A stretch of 64,000 bases of DNA, counting the filler, from Globobulimina sp. (Eukaryota): the NCBI GenBank assembly GCA_003354225.1. It is 33 parts of 33 records of this genome, joined end to end, with 100 filler letters (N's around TTAATTAATTAA, not from the genome) between each part and the next. Parts side by side here need not be neighbours in the genome. Positions count along the whole stretch, not along the records: positions 9,722 to 11,565 come from PIVH01011310.1; positions 11,666 to 13,509 come from PIVH01011311.1; positions 13,610 to 15,452 come from PIVH01011312.1; positions 15,553 to 17,395 come from PIVH01011313.1; positions 17,496 to 19,338 come from PIVH01011314.1; positions 19,439 to 21,281 come from PIVH01011315.1; positions 21,382 to 23,224 come from PIVH01011316.1; 26 more parts are not named here. One strand, written 5' to 3'. Positions 10,479-22,639 of the stretch are shown here, one piece after another (the stretch's first letter is position 1; the number at the start of each line of letters is the position of its first letter). The translations under genes were made by a program, and so were the position numbers. Under the pieces are notes generated by a model. That model did no database searches, had not been told where the DNA came from, and worked only from the letters and a program-made list of their open reading frames with translations.

Positions 10479-11564
10479 TTAATCTAATTCACCGTCGTCA
10501 AAGTCAGACTTGGCGCTGTTTTCACCAAGGCATTCTTCGCGTTCGTCATCTAAGTCAACCATTATTAGACCACCTTCAGGTCTGAATGTCAAGTCTGCCA
10601 TTACATCTTTGCCGATGACTTTTTCTAATTTACCCATGGATAACACTTTGCCAGGTGTCATGAAGTCGGCTTTGTCTAACAGCAATTCGTCTTCCAAATA
10701 GTCAATGAGTTCATTTTCTGTTAGTTTGATTTGACGATTCTTTTTACCGCGAACTAACTTCATGCCTAGCGCATCACCCATTTGCTTGTCACCTTTCTCC
10801 ATCATAGATTTAGATAGAGATTTGGCACCATCAAGGAAAGACTTTATTGCATCTGCATTATGAACAATACGTGCAATGGCAGTGTAGGTCAATGAACCTA
10901 ACGCAGGTAGTTTTACAATATCGTCATCAAAGTCAGCTCTAACATCTAATGCGCGAGCAGACGCTTGAGCGTCACAGCCGCCGTTTGCAGGACAGTAGTG
11001 GCAATTGTCTTGACTTGGATTGAACTCCTTCCATTTATAGATTGTATCCAATGCTGCTTGACGGAATATAGGTATCCATGATTTCAGTTCATCTTTGGTG
11101 ATAACCCAACGACGTACTTTGTCAGGATTAGTTGCATCATTAGGCTGAACGACTACCATTTCAACTTCTTCAAAGTCCCAATTGTGTTCGAACGCAGAAC
11201 CTAACGCATAATATAAGAACTGAGTGTTGTTTTCAACATCAACAGACCAGCGACCATTTTTGTAATCGTAAACACCAAGGTATGCACCTTTGATTAAAAA
11301 CGAGAAGTCGTTAGTACCGAACATGTTGAACAGTTCAGCAATTACTTCACGATGATACTGAAGCAGAGGGTCACCAAGATTATGGTCATATTGGTCTTCA
11401 ACTGCATCAATGTCAGGACCAGACAATTGGAATATGTTATCGTTAGTTGCGAATACAGCTAATGCTTCCAAGTCACCATCTTCAAATATATCGTTGATGC
11501 ACATTCGTTGTTCAACGAACATTTCGCCTTCATCAAGATGTTCATCTTCAAGACGTTCAATGTC
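10479..11564 (-). CDS. Phage DUF2800 / Cas4-like PD-(D/E)XK exonuclease (5' truncated)
   Basis: Motifs VEQR, FGTND, VYDYKNG, NTQFLYYALG, VVQP and CHYCPANGGC. It lies next to DUF2815, as in known phage replication modules. Confidence 0.88.
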   Translation of the reverse strand, partial: DIERLEDEHLDEGEMFVEQRMCINDIFEDGDLEALAVFATNDNIFQLSGPDIDAVEDQYDHNLGDPLLQYHREVIAELFNMFGTNDFSFLIKGAYLGVYDYKNGRWSVDVENNTQFLYYALGSAFEHNWDFEEVEMVVVQPNDATNPDKVRRWVITKDELKSWIPIFRQAALDTIYKWKEFNPSQDNCHYCPANGGCDAQASARALDVRADFDDDIVKLPALGSLTYTAIARIVHNADAIKSFLDGAKSLSKSMMEKGDKQMGDALGMKLVRGKKNRQIKLTENELIDYLEDELLLDKADFMTPGKVLSMGKLEKVIGKDVMADLTFRPEGGLIMVDLDDEREECLGENSAKSDFDDGELD

Positions 11565-11666
11565 ANNNNNNNNNNNNNNNNNNNNNNNNNNNNNNNNNNN
11601 NNNNNNNNNTTAATTAATTAANNNNNNNNNNNNNNNNNNNNNNNNNNNNNNNNNNNNNNNNNNNNA

Positions 11667-12014
11667 ATCTGGGCAACTCCAGGATTTGAATGTCAAGTTG
11701 AATTATTACCAGGTTTTGAAGCTGATATGACATTTATCTCTCCCGGAGAAAGTGTTATGTTTACAGATCTAACCGTTGGTGATCCAATAGAATGGATAAG
11801 GACTTTTGAAGGTGGTACTCCTGGTACATTTACCGGACAAACTCCACCTGCCATTATTTACGATGATGAAGGTATCTGGGATGTAACATTATATGTTTCA
11901 GATGGATCAAATAATGCAGAAGTTACTTATCTGGATTACATTGAAGTAGTTAATCTACCTCCACCAACAAATTTACAGGCTGTTGTGGTCGATGTTTGCA
12001 AGCATATTTTATAG
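11667..12014 (+). CDS. Bacterial (Bacteroidetes-like) PKD-domain surface protein fragment
   Basis: FEAD...PGESVMFTDLT.GDP.EW.RTFEGGTP...YDDEGIWDVTL.V, followed by the start of an FN3-like PPTNLQA. It breaks off near 11990. Confidence 0.8.
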   Translation: MWATPGFECQVELLPGFEADMTFISPGESVMFTDLTVGDPIEWIRTFEGGTPGTFTGQTPPAIIYDDEGIWDVTLYVSDGSNNAEVTYLDYIEVVNLPPPTNLQAVVVDVCKHIL

Positions 12015-12341
12015 CAAATCCACGTAATCAACAACGTTATGATTGTGTTTGAAAGTTTTGTCGTATCTTCCGCCGATATTCATATTTCATATTCTGATTG
12101 TAATCTAAATCTGACTCGAAATTGGATGCTGCAAAATTGGCTCAAGAAATAAAAGCTGAACGTCAAAAGACATCATTCACTGCATCTTGCATTAGTTGCA
12201 CTTTCTTCTTTATGATGTTTTATTTAAGATTTTCAACAGCTACTAATAACTTGATTAACTTCAGTTCACTGTCCAAGGATCCCACAAACGGACTAAAATA
12301 ATATTAGTTCATGCTGACTCTTGGAAACACTCAAACAGCCC

Positions 12342-13509
12342 ATGTTGTCATTAACAGTGCAGATTGTGTGGATCGTATATGCGTTTCTGCCAAACATTTC
12401 CTCCCAACCACCATTCACCAAATCTATCCATTTAACTCCAAACACAGTGGCCACAATACCTGGCATATCACTCACAACTAGTTCGAGTGTGGCCGTCCTC
12501 GCAAACAAATGGAAGATCAATGTCAAAACGCAAACAGGCTCCGACCTTCACATCAAAATGGACACTGATTCACAATTTACTTTCCATTCATTGTATCCAT
12601 CCACAATGTCATTGATAATCAATGGCAGCACAGCCAACAAAACCTATCACGACGACGGCGAAGTTATCCTCTTATTCAGTGTAAACAACTCATATTTTGC
12701 AGATATTGTATCGATCGATAAACGTCGCTCCGCTTACAAACAGTGTCCAGCGTCCAACACACCACTAATTACCACAAATATCAATGCAATGATCACAGCA
12801 GCTTTGCCCCAAAGATACTATCGGTTCTGTAAAAACCCAGTGACTGCAAACTTGCATGATCCAGTCACAGATTATTGGACAAATCACCTGCCACCGTACA
12901 AAAACACTGCTAATTGGCCTATGTACGTATCCATCACAAACGACCCCATCGCAAACACTCTGTACTATGCCTGGAGCGATGATATAAATAATGTGAATAA
13001 ACTATCATCATTTTACACCTCTTCATTCAACACCAATCGCGCAATGAATATGTACATTTCCGGTGACAATCTCAATGAACAGTTCACCATTTCAGACATT
13101 CACATAACATATCAATACACGGCCGCTCCCACAACAAATCCCACCAAAAGCCCTACCATAAATACACTGAATCCCTCAACAGCACCTACTTTGAAACCCA
13201 CCTCAAATCCAACAGCAACGCCAACAAATCCCAGTGCAAATCCTACATTATATCCCACCGTAACTCCTACATCCAATCCCACAGTGAATCCCACATTGAA
13301 ACCTACGTTAAATCCCAGCATAAATCCTTCGATAAGTACAGTAAATCCGTCATTCAGTCCAACGTTTGGACCTTCATTGAATCCCAGCAAAATCCCCACT
13401 GTTTCACGTAGTTTTCATCCAACAATCAGTCCAACCATCGAACCTACGATAAATCCAACGGTGGCCACAGCAAACCCAACATCACCGACAATTAACCCAA
13501 CAACGCCTT
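12342..13509 (+). CDS. Secreted/surface protein with a P-T-x-x repeat (mucin-like) stalk, 3' truncated
   Basis: Hydrophobic N-terminus, then a globular domain, then PTTNPTKSPT-type repeats from about 13120. Confidence 0.75.
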
Positions 13510-13768
13510 NNNNNNNNNNNNNNNNNNNNNNNNNNNNNNNNNNNNNNNNNNNNTTAATTAATTAANNNNNNNNNNNNNNNNNNNNNNNNNNNNNNNNNNN
13601 NNNNNNNNNCCATAAAATATGTCCAAATAAATGTCGAAAATATGTGTACATTCTGTATAAAATAAAGGTAGAAATGTCGTGGAAATATGTGTTGTGTATT
13701 TATTTAAAAGGACATTCTAAAAGGGATACATTTTGAGACATTCTAAAAAAATCGTGTCTTACAACTAA

Positions 13769-14872
13769 TTGTTCAGTGTCATAACGTTTTTGACGCTGAA
13801 AACTAATTTAATTTTAATGCGCATGCGATATTCTTTCAGATATTGTGCATTATGCGAATTGTTGGAAGTCGATGAGTTAAATTACGAGATTCGATATTAC
13901 GAAGACGAGCAACGTAAGAAATACAAAGGACACATTAACTGTGCTTCCATCGAAGAGCTACACATTTTGCCAAACTCTTCAATACAAAGCTATGGAAAGG
14001 ACAAAGTGTTGCAATTAGTCGCACAAACTAGGACTTATATATTGGCCGCAAAAGACACCAAATCCAGAAACATTTGGTACAAATCTTTAAAACGCGCCTT
14101 ATTTGACGCTGACATTCCATTTTTTACTCCGCAATTACCGGTACAAGTACAGCCGCCACATATCGCCAAATCTGCCTCCGTGCAGTCCATCGATATCTCC
14201 TTTCCATCCAACGAGGCAGTCACTGCAACCTCACTGACCCCCAATCACTCGAAGGATACCTCGAAATCGAAGAGTATGTTAATCCGCATTTTAGAGCCCA
14301 TCTCGGAGCGCCATAGCAAACAGTTTAACATATTGAGTCCACTCAGCCCCGTGACGCCAGCCACGCCTTTGTTGACCATCAGCAATAACAACGAGGACAT
14401 TGATGACAAGGAATGGGTTGACATCGATTGTACCGCGGTGACACCCAATGCATCCATGGATACATTGCAAATCGTGTCTGATATGGACGAAGAAGTGTCA
14501 ATATCGCCGGTGAGCAGCGTGGATACAGAAAAGTTAATGCTTCATAATATCATTCATTTGTCATCGATGCTGAGTGTGAATAGGACGTTTTCGCAGCAGT
14601 CCAGTTACAGCGACCATGAGCATGAGCATTGCGATGATTTTTATGGAGCCATATCGTATATGAGCGATAATTCATTGATGTTAATGGATATGAATGATGA
14701 GGTGGATAAATTGGGACATATTATCAACAATACATTGGATAGTGTGGATATGGAGTTGTTGTCGGTGAAAAATCTGCAATTTAAGGAAATATCATTTGAG
14801 AGGGCTAAGACGGATGGATGTGACGAGATAATTAAATCGCCAGTGATCGAATCTATTCATTTAAACACTTGA
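13769..14872 (+). CDS. PH-domain protein (last exon)
   Basis: IRYYED...KGHIN...RTYILAAKDTKSRNIWYKSL followed by a Ser/Pro-rich tail. Confidence 0.8.
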   Translation: MFSVITFLTLKTNLILMRMRYSFRYCALCELLEVDELNYEIRYYEDEQRKKYKGHINCASIEELHILPNSSIQSYGKDKVLQLVAQTRTYILAAKDTKSRNIWYKSLKRALFDADIPFFTPQLPVQVQPPHIAKSASVQSIDISFPSNEAVTATSLTPNHSKDTSKSKSMLIRILEPISERHSKQFNILSPLSPVTPATPLLTISNNNEDIDDKEWVDIDCTAVTPNASMDTLQIVSDMDEEVSISPVSSVDTEKLMLHNIIHLSSMLSVNRTFSQQSSYSDHEHEHCDDFYGAISYMSDNSLMLMDMNDEVDKLGHIINNTLDSVDMELLSVKNLQFKEISFERAKTDGCDEIIKSPVIESIHLNT

Positions 14873-15552
14873 TTTTAATATTTATATTTAATATATATTT
14901 TAATTTTATACAATGTATTATATATTTTTATAGGATGTATTATGTAATATGTATAGCTCGATTTCAATGCGCAAATATTATGTTTTATGTGGTCAGAGTG
15001 CAAGGATAAAAGTCGTGTGGTTTGAAATCAAGGTATACTGTGTAGTGTTGCATAATGTTTCTCATTTTTTTTTGTCATTAATAGCTTTTATTTGTTTGAA
15101 ATGTACACTGTGATATTTATACATATTTTTATTTCTATATGAATATCTAATCTGTGTACAAGTGTTCAATTTGCTATTCTTTTATGTTGAAAAAGTGCAG
15201 CTTTTGATGTACTGCTAGCTGTCTGTTAAAATATAATCTTCCATGTAATCAAAATCTTCCATGTGTGCAAGATAAAATTATTCATGTTCTTTTTTGTATT
15301 TTTGTGTTCATAACTGAAGTATATTAATATTACTGTGGATTACTACCACCCTATATAGGCTAGTTTGCCATTGACTTTATGTGTTGACTTCAGATTGTTT
15401 TGTTAACTAAGTTTTCTACTTTAAGACTCTACTCACCTTCGAATTACTTCCTNNNNNNNNNNNNNNNNNNNNNNNNNNNNNNNNNNNNNNNNNNNNTTAA
15501 TTAATTAANNNNNNNNNNNNNNNNNNNNNNNNNNNNNNNNNNNNNNNNNNNN

Positions 15553-16399
15553 GTTGGATTTTTTGTTGGTTCAATGGTCGGTTCAATTGTTGGTTCAATG
15601 CTTGGTCCAATGGTGGGTTCCATAGTAGGCGATTTTGTTGGATTTATCGTTAATGGATTGGTTGTCGGTTCATTTGTTGGTGAGATTGTTGGTATATTTG
15701 TTGGTGGCATTGATGGTATATTTGTTGGTGAGATTGATGGTGTATTTGTTGGTATATTTGTTGGATTTAACGTTGGCGATGTAGTAGTGGTTGGATTGTT
15801 GGTTGGTGACAGTGATGGCATATTACTTGGCGATTTTGTCGGATTGCTTGATATTTTATGTGTATATAAACGTTGTTGTATATAAAAATAGCCAATTCGC
15901 GCAATCTTAACTTTGTTGTAGGATCTCTAGTTGGTATTGGTGAAAGTGTAGGGTTTTTAGTTGGATTTGTAGTGTATATTTGTTGTAAGACACTGTGAGG
16001 GCATTCTCCAGCACATTCAAAACTTATTGCACTATTCGTATGCACAAATAGTTGATTGCATACATTGCTATCTATAGCATTTGATATGCACTCAATTTCA
16101 CATTTATTTGTGCCACATGATACTAAACCCGATTTACAAGCATCTTCACCATAACAGTAGAGATGGAAATCGCTTGCTCCATTTGCTGAAATTGTCGAGT
16201 CTGAACAGGCGGATTTACCATCACACGTTATTTGACACGGATAATTTGGTCTACAGTTTATGTTTGTTGATTTGCACGAATCTTCGCCAATACATTCCAA
16301 TATACATGGTCCAGAAGCGCCGTCACAATATAGGGCCAGGATATGTGGAGCATAAACAATAAAAATTGCAAACAACGAAAGTAAGTGTACTGGTGTCAT
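15553..16399 (-). CDS. Secreted Cys-rich protein with PT-repeat stalk; intron 15847-15911
   Basis: Signal peptide and repeated CxGxxSC units. Removing the 65-nt GT-AG intron joins the two ORFs in frame. Confidence 0.75.
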
Positions 16400-16454
16400 G
16401 ATTTCAAACACAAAAAAACTTCAACAACTGTTTGAAAACATCGTCAACTACATA

Positions 16455-17395
16455 ATGGCAGCTTCTTTACAATTCAGCGTCCTTTACCTGCTATTCTGTA
16501 TAGGATGTATTTCCTCAATGCCAAGCAATCATTTGTCCGCTGATATTGACGAGATACCTACTTCTACAAACCCAGCAAACCCAACAAAAACTAGTAACGA
16601 TTACGGTGTTTTTATAAGTATTAGGTTTGATGAAAAATTAAATATAAATGATAGTACAAATATTATTCCAATTATCCAACGCATCACAAATGAACTAATT
16701 ATCAATAATACATTGTTAATACCCTCGGACTGTATACACTTTGACGATTTAAACATAGAATCACAAAATATGTACAATCAAACTATTGTCAATGTATCCA
16801 TTTTTGTATGTAATGAACAGCAGCAAAAACAATTAGTCTCCGCATTTAATACAAATGAATACATTATTTCCCATTTAATTGTCAATGAAATTAATCAAGA
16901 ATACGGATTGTATGTATTTCTCAATTCAACGCATCTGGAAACAGATACTATTGTAAAATATGAAGAAAAGGAAGATGAAGAATATATTACAACAATGAAT
17001 AATGCAAATAACGGATTTTATGAAAAAGATTCTAATGATTATCAAATATCAATTATGTTCATAATCGTAGTTGGAACATTTGCATTGATCGGATTCTTTA
17101 TTGTATGCATTATATTTGTATTACAATGCATTAAAATTCGTTTACAATCCAAGGCTGAGAATGAAATCAATCGTAGAAATATAGAAACGAGTATTTTTGA
17201 TGAAGATAATACAGCTACAAATAGATGCATATCACCACCACCACAATTAACAATTGTTCGTGAGCCAGGAAGGCGAAGCACGAATAAAGTGTCTGTTTTA
17301 AGCGAAGATGAACAGATTATGTCTGTTGATGTTATGTGTGATGTGGAACATGACGATGAAGTATTTGGATCAGTGTCAGCGGATGGAATGGTGAC
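16455..17395 (+). CDS. Single-pass membrane protein (3' truncated)
   Basis: Signal peptide MAASLQFSVLYLLFCIGC and TM segment IMFIIVVGTFALIGFFIVCIIFVL. Confidence 0.7.
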
Positions 17396-17495
17396 NNNNN
17401 NNNNNNNNNNNNNNNNNNNNNNNNNNNNNNNNNNNNNNNTTAATTAATTAANNNNNNNNNNNNNNNNNNNNNNNNNNNNNNNNNNNNNNNNNNNN

Positions 17496-18279
17496 TCTGA
17501 TCGATATCACTTGTCATGATATAATTCGATGTAAATCGATAGACACAAATAACTAAATAACCAAAATAAAACAGAGATTGTGTATAAATACGTGTTGAGA
17601 GCCAAACATTAAATTTTTGTTTATCAAAAATTGATTTTATTAAAGGTATAAATACAATAAAACCGTGTTTAATTAAATGCGAAGGAAATATGGTGTAAAC
17701 AAAACACAAATTCCATAGCGTATAAACTAAGATCCATCCAAACCTAAACCGAACATTTAAATTATAAAACCCAGACTGTGTATCAATGAACCATTCATTG
17801 ACTGGATATGCAATTTTCTTTGGAATTGGTATTGTGCATAACAATAAAATGCCACATAACGAATTGACATAATATTGATTAAAATATTCAATTAATATCG
17901 AGTCGAATATATTTAATATCCATAAGATATAAAATATCACAAAAACTGTTTTCTCAGAATAACAGCATGATGATACTGATAGCTTCCACATAAATCGCTG
18001 AAATTCTGTTGATAGCTGAATTTGTTTATATTTTTGGATTCTCGTAAATGATATTAACAACAAAAGTAATGTAATACAAAAATATTTTAAAATTATATAT
18101 GTTTCGGTGATACCAATTGGATAAAAATAAAATGGTGTGATACAACAAAATAAAATTATAATCAATAATGTGTGGTGAAATATATGACGGCGATATGACT
18201 CATGCGCTGCATATAATAAAATTGAATATGGGATAAAAATTAATAGTGAAACCCACCATGTTGAATAAGTAACCGTCAT
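17496..18279 (-). CDS. Multi-pass membrane protein, DUF5692-like
   Basis: Several TM segments. LNIFDSI, NSLCGILL and WILVYTLWNLCFVY resemble DUF5692 motifs as I recall them. Confidence 0.5.
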
Positions 18280-18428
18280 TAAGGATGCATTATAATTATG
18301 TAAACTTTTTTCTCAATTAATTACAAAAAAAAAACAGCCAGCTACTTGTATTCTAGCTAGCATAAAATTAAATTACAAAATTACAAACAAATAATATTAA
18401 ATTATATAACATCTTATTTAAATGTATA

Positions 18429-18600
18429 TCACAGCGGAGTATCCCGTAAGCAATAAAATGATTCAGCATCACCTACAGAATCTCTTTGAATATCTTTCAC
18501 CAAATCTTGCTCTCTAATTATTGAAATTAATTTTTTTGTAAATTTAACCCCAATATTACCTGTACCACTTCCTGTTGTATGAATACCCACAATGCTCACT
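18429..18600 (-). CDS. C-terminal fragment of a trypsin/V8-like serine protease
   Basis: IVGIHTTGSGTGNIGVKF. The catalytic Ser motif is not present. Confidence 0.35.
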
Positions 18601-18915
18601 TCCTTCTTTCGGCGCGGAAATATCTCACAATTTAATCCAAATTCAATCAAAATTATCACAGAAATCGTTGTTACCACAGCTGAAAAAGATAAATCAAATG
18701 TTGATCCAAGACACATTAACCCTTTAAGCACCACGAGGTCATTAAAAGCCATTGGCTCTGATTTCGAAAACTAAAGCTTTGCTGTGAAAACTGACTTCGT
18801 TTGACAAGGCTAAAAGTACTCAACTCGCTTTTCCCGTATTGATCATACATATGGACCAATGAATGGGCATGCAATGGACCAATGAACCCAACCTTTCAAT
18901 AAATATATAAAATAT

Positions 18916-19338
18916 ATGCAAAACAATATACCTCCTCAATCCTTAGCTGATCTTCCTCCTCTTCCTCCGAGTGTTATTCCGCCAACAAATGACCCAATAA
19001 ATGAACCAACTTTTGCGGAAACACTTGCGTCTTGGAAAGCTATGTGGAGTGATCAAGCAGCACAAAGACAGCAAAACAATGACAATAATAATGATACAAT
19101 TTATTACGACAAAGACCGCTGTTGCAAATTTATAAAATATGATGACAGTGAGAGAGCAGTTACAAGCGATTTTTCTGGTATTTTTGATAAAGTGTGTGTG
19201 GAATCTGCAGATGATTATATTGGTTGTGGGCATGGAATACAAGATTATGGATATCCAAAGAGGCGTTTCCCACAAGGAACCACATGTTATGATATCGCCA
19301 GATTGGTCTACACGGATGAAATGATAGATAAAAATATC
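18916..19338 (+). CDS. Hypothetical protein with Pro-rich N-terminus (3' truncated)
   Basis: The frame is open from an ATG to the contig edge. Confidence 0.45.
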
Positions 19339-19604
19339 NNNNNNNNNNNNNNNNNNNNNNNNNNNNNNNNNNNNNNNNNNNNTTAATTAATTAANNNNNN
19401 NNNNNNNNNNNNNNNNNNNNNNNNNNNNNNNNNNNNNNAAAGCACACCAAATTACAAACGTACACTAAAAACAAACAAAAAGGGAAAAACACATAAAAAG
19501 TCGCGAATTTTATATATAATTCTATATGTTACGATGATATATATTATATGAACAAAAAAGTAATGAAAATAAACAGAAGCATCAGTTATCGCCACTGTCA
19601 TACA

Positions 19605-21216
19605 TCATATACTTTTGATGTTTTTTAATTTCTGCAAATTCGCTCTACTTTTCCTATGTTTTTTTTTTTTAATAATTTTTTTCCACCGATTTTCATGAAT
19701 CTTATGCAATTCAGAATGCATTTTATGTCTTAACCCAAACGGTGTTTCAATCATTTTTTCGAACTCGAAAGACAAATCAAATTTTTTATGCTCACCCCCT
19801 CGAAATACCACATTAACGCTCATAGTCTCGTCATTGACAAAATAATTTTTAAAATACGCATGTTTCATAGCGTCAGCTGCAGATATTCGGTCTCTCGGAT
19901 TTAATGCCAATAATTTACGCAATAAATCAATGCAAAGCGCGTCCAACTCCTCATTACCATTTGCAACAACAAATGTTTCTGAAATTATTTCTTTTAAGGA
20001 CTTATTCGGAGTTTGTCGGTTTTTCAAATTATTATTAATCCATTGCTTTGCTTGTTGATTTTGGATCCATTCATTCGACTCATTCCCATCATGCATGATA
20101 TTAAATACTTGTTGTAATTGATCCATATAATTATTCCCGGGAAACAGTGGTTTTTTTAATATCATCTCCGCCAAAACACAGCCCACGCTCCAAATGTCCA
20201 TTTTTGAGTCATATCTGCCACCGTTACACATCACTTCTGGCGCTCGATACCACCGCGTACAGACATACTCTGTGATCTCTTTACTAAACGCATTATTGTC
20301 CATATCCACACCGCGCGAAGTGCCAAAATCAATAATTTTCACGTCGACGGAGGTGCCGTTTATTAATATATTTTCGGGTTTGATGTCACGATGAATCACG
20401 TCCGAGTTATGAATGAAGGTCAAACCGCGCAATAATTGATATGTAATGTATTGTAAATGCGAATGTGATAAAACCTTGTTTGTATATTAAAGATAGTATA
20501 TTTTATGCGTTTGGTCGTTGTAAACCAAGATTTTAAAAAGAAAGAGTATGTGACATGGAATGTGGTCAGACCTGTTTACTGTTAATAATCTCTAATAAAT
20601 TTGTAGTATAATACGGCATAATAATATAAATATGGGCAAAGCTGTCAATTTCCTCCATTTTCGGGGCATAACAGTCATAAATTTGGATGATATCACAATG
20701 TTTATAATGTGTGAAATAAGACAATAATTTAATTTCACGCAAAGTGTTCTTTGCATCCGACATTTCGCCAAAGACATATTTATTCTTTTTGATGGCAACT
20801 TTTTTGCCATTCCTGCGGTCGATGGCACTGCAAACCACACCAAACGCGCCGGAACCTATGATTTTGAGCGGTTTGTAATACGAATACAATCGGAATTCTT
20901 CGCCATTTAATTCGTAGCGGATCAGTTTGTCTTTGCGCCACTGTGCAGTTTGAGATTTGCGATTATGTTTACGCTCCGAATCTGAATTTGAATTTGAATT
21001 TGAAGAGCTGGAATAACCGCCATTGGCACTATTTATTTGATGATCAGCACAGAGAGTTTTGGATTGCTCGCGTTCTTCGATTGTGACGGGCTCAGTGTCT
21101 AAAAACTTCAAATTGGGTAAGCTACGGACCACATTTAAGCGATATTCTTTGTGGTTGTCGGTCAAAGAGGGACATAATGGGTTTAATAATAACGATAAAT
21201 GTTCTAAATTCGGAGT
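19605..21216 (-). CDS. TEY-type MAP kinase with an N-terminal LRR/LRRcap segment; intron 20475-20571; 5' truncated
   Basis: Kinase motifs GSGAFGVV, VAIKK, HRDIKPEN, DFG and TEYVCTRWYRAPE. Upstream in frame: PNLEHLSLLLNPLC...YRLNVVRSLPNLKFLD. Confidence 0.9.
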
Positions 21217-21627
21217 CTATTTATTTGTTTTGCGCATTGTATATTTATATATACAGAATAATGTAAGTAAGTTATACGGAANNNNNNNNNNNNNNNNNNN
21301 NNNNNNNNNNNNNNNNNNNNNNNNNTTAATTAATTAANNNNNNNNNNNNNNNNNNNNNNNNNNNNNNNNNNNNNNNNNNNNATTGAATTTATAAATCAAT
21401 CTTATCTTACTAATATAACTAAATGTGCGTTAAAAATTATTATTTCTCAATTTCTGGATCTTTTGTTGAGAAACCATAGAATAGCAACTTATTGGTCGGA
21501 CTTTTTAAACCTTTTGCAGTCAAAAGCTTTATTTAAGCTGTTTTTGCCAAAAACGATCGTTTATTTAAAATTGCGGATTCAAAACCAAGAGGATTCTAAA
21601 TAATAGAAAATTTGAAACCTGTATACG

Positions 21628-22296
21628 ATGTTGCCACTGCGTGGGAAACAATTGCAACACCATTGGAATGTCGAGAAAAGAGAACTCGCCAAAACAATGA
21701 ATAGCAAGTTGAGTGATGAACGAGTTTCTTTAAATGAATTAAATGAAAGAGCTGTTATACCCAATGGCCAAGAGTTGCAAACTAATATTAATGAATTAAA
21801 ACAATGGATGCAAGCAAATGATACATTTGATGAATGTTTATATCGCGTGTTATTAGTAAATGATATTGAGTCCGTGGAGGATTTGCTTCATTTAAAAACA
21901 TCAATATTTGATTTAATATTAAGAAAGGTCCGATGCGATAAATTTCTCAATGTAAAAAATAAAAACGAAAGAGATGAAATTGATAATTTTTTGATTAATT
22001 TCCAGAAGAAATGTAAACATTTAAAGAAGAAATATAAAAATGAATTATCGGTAAAACAATGGATGCAAAAAAATGGCGCATATGACGAATATTTATGTCA
22101 TGCGTTGGAGTTAAATAATATTAAAAAAGTGTGTGACTTAAAAATTTTGAATACAATGAAATTGGATAACATATTAAGGCAAGTAAGATCGCAGAGGTTT
22201 GCTGAAATAACAAATAAAAATTCAAGAGATAAAATTGATAAAATATTGATAAAGTTTGAAAGAAAATGGAGAAAATTAGCATTAACCCATGTTTAG
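21628..22296 (+). CDS. Protein with two SAM-like helical repeats
   Basis: LKQWMQAND..DECLY..L..NDIESVEDL is repeated as VKQWMQKNG..DEYLC..L..NNIKKVCDL. Confidence 0.6.
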   Translation: MLPLRGKQLQHHWNVEKRELAKTMNSKLSDERVSLNELNERAVIPNGQELQTNINELKQWMQANDTFDECLYRVLLVNDIESVEDLLHLKTSIFDLILRKVRCDKFLNVKNKNERDEIDNFLINFQKKCKHLKKKYKNELSVKQWMQKNGAYDEYLCHALELNNIKKVCDLKILNTMKLDNILRQVRSQRFAEITNKNSRDKIDKILIKFERKWRKLALTHV

Positions 22297-22639
22297 GTTA
22301 TAGAATTATAATGTACAATTATTATAAACAATTTTTTCATTCAGTTGGATACGTAGTTAATATTTTGTGGATGTTACTTAATTTATATTGTGGTAAATTT
22401 GCCTCATAATTCCGAAGCAGCAGGCTAGGGTTTGCTTTGTCGTTCCTTTGTCTTGATCTTCAGTACAAGTTTTTTTCAACAACTACTAAACACATTACAA
22501 AACATTAATTAATTATGACAAAATGATACAATTCGTACAATATATCATAATTAATTATGTACATATATAATCTCAGAAAGTACACGCTGACACACATATT
22601 TATGAAAAGAAAATGAATTAATGTACATATGTCATTTTT

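Noticed and set aside
10479-11564. Cas4 as evidence of a CRISPR-Cas system
   Set aside because: The DUF2800 plus DUF2815 context is a phage replication module. No cas1, cas2 or array is present.
13112-13399. Gly/Val-rich antisense ORFs (also 15574-15885 and 47571-47753)
   Set aside because: These are shadow frames of Pro/Thr repeat coding sequence on the opposite strand.
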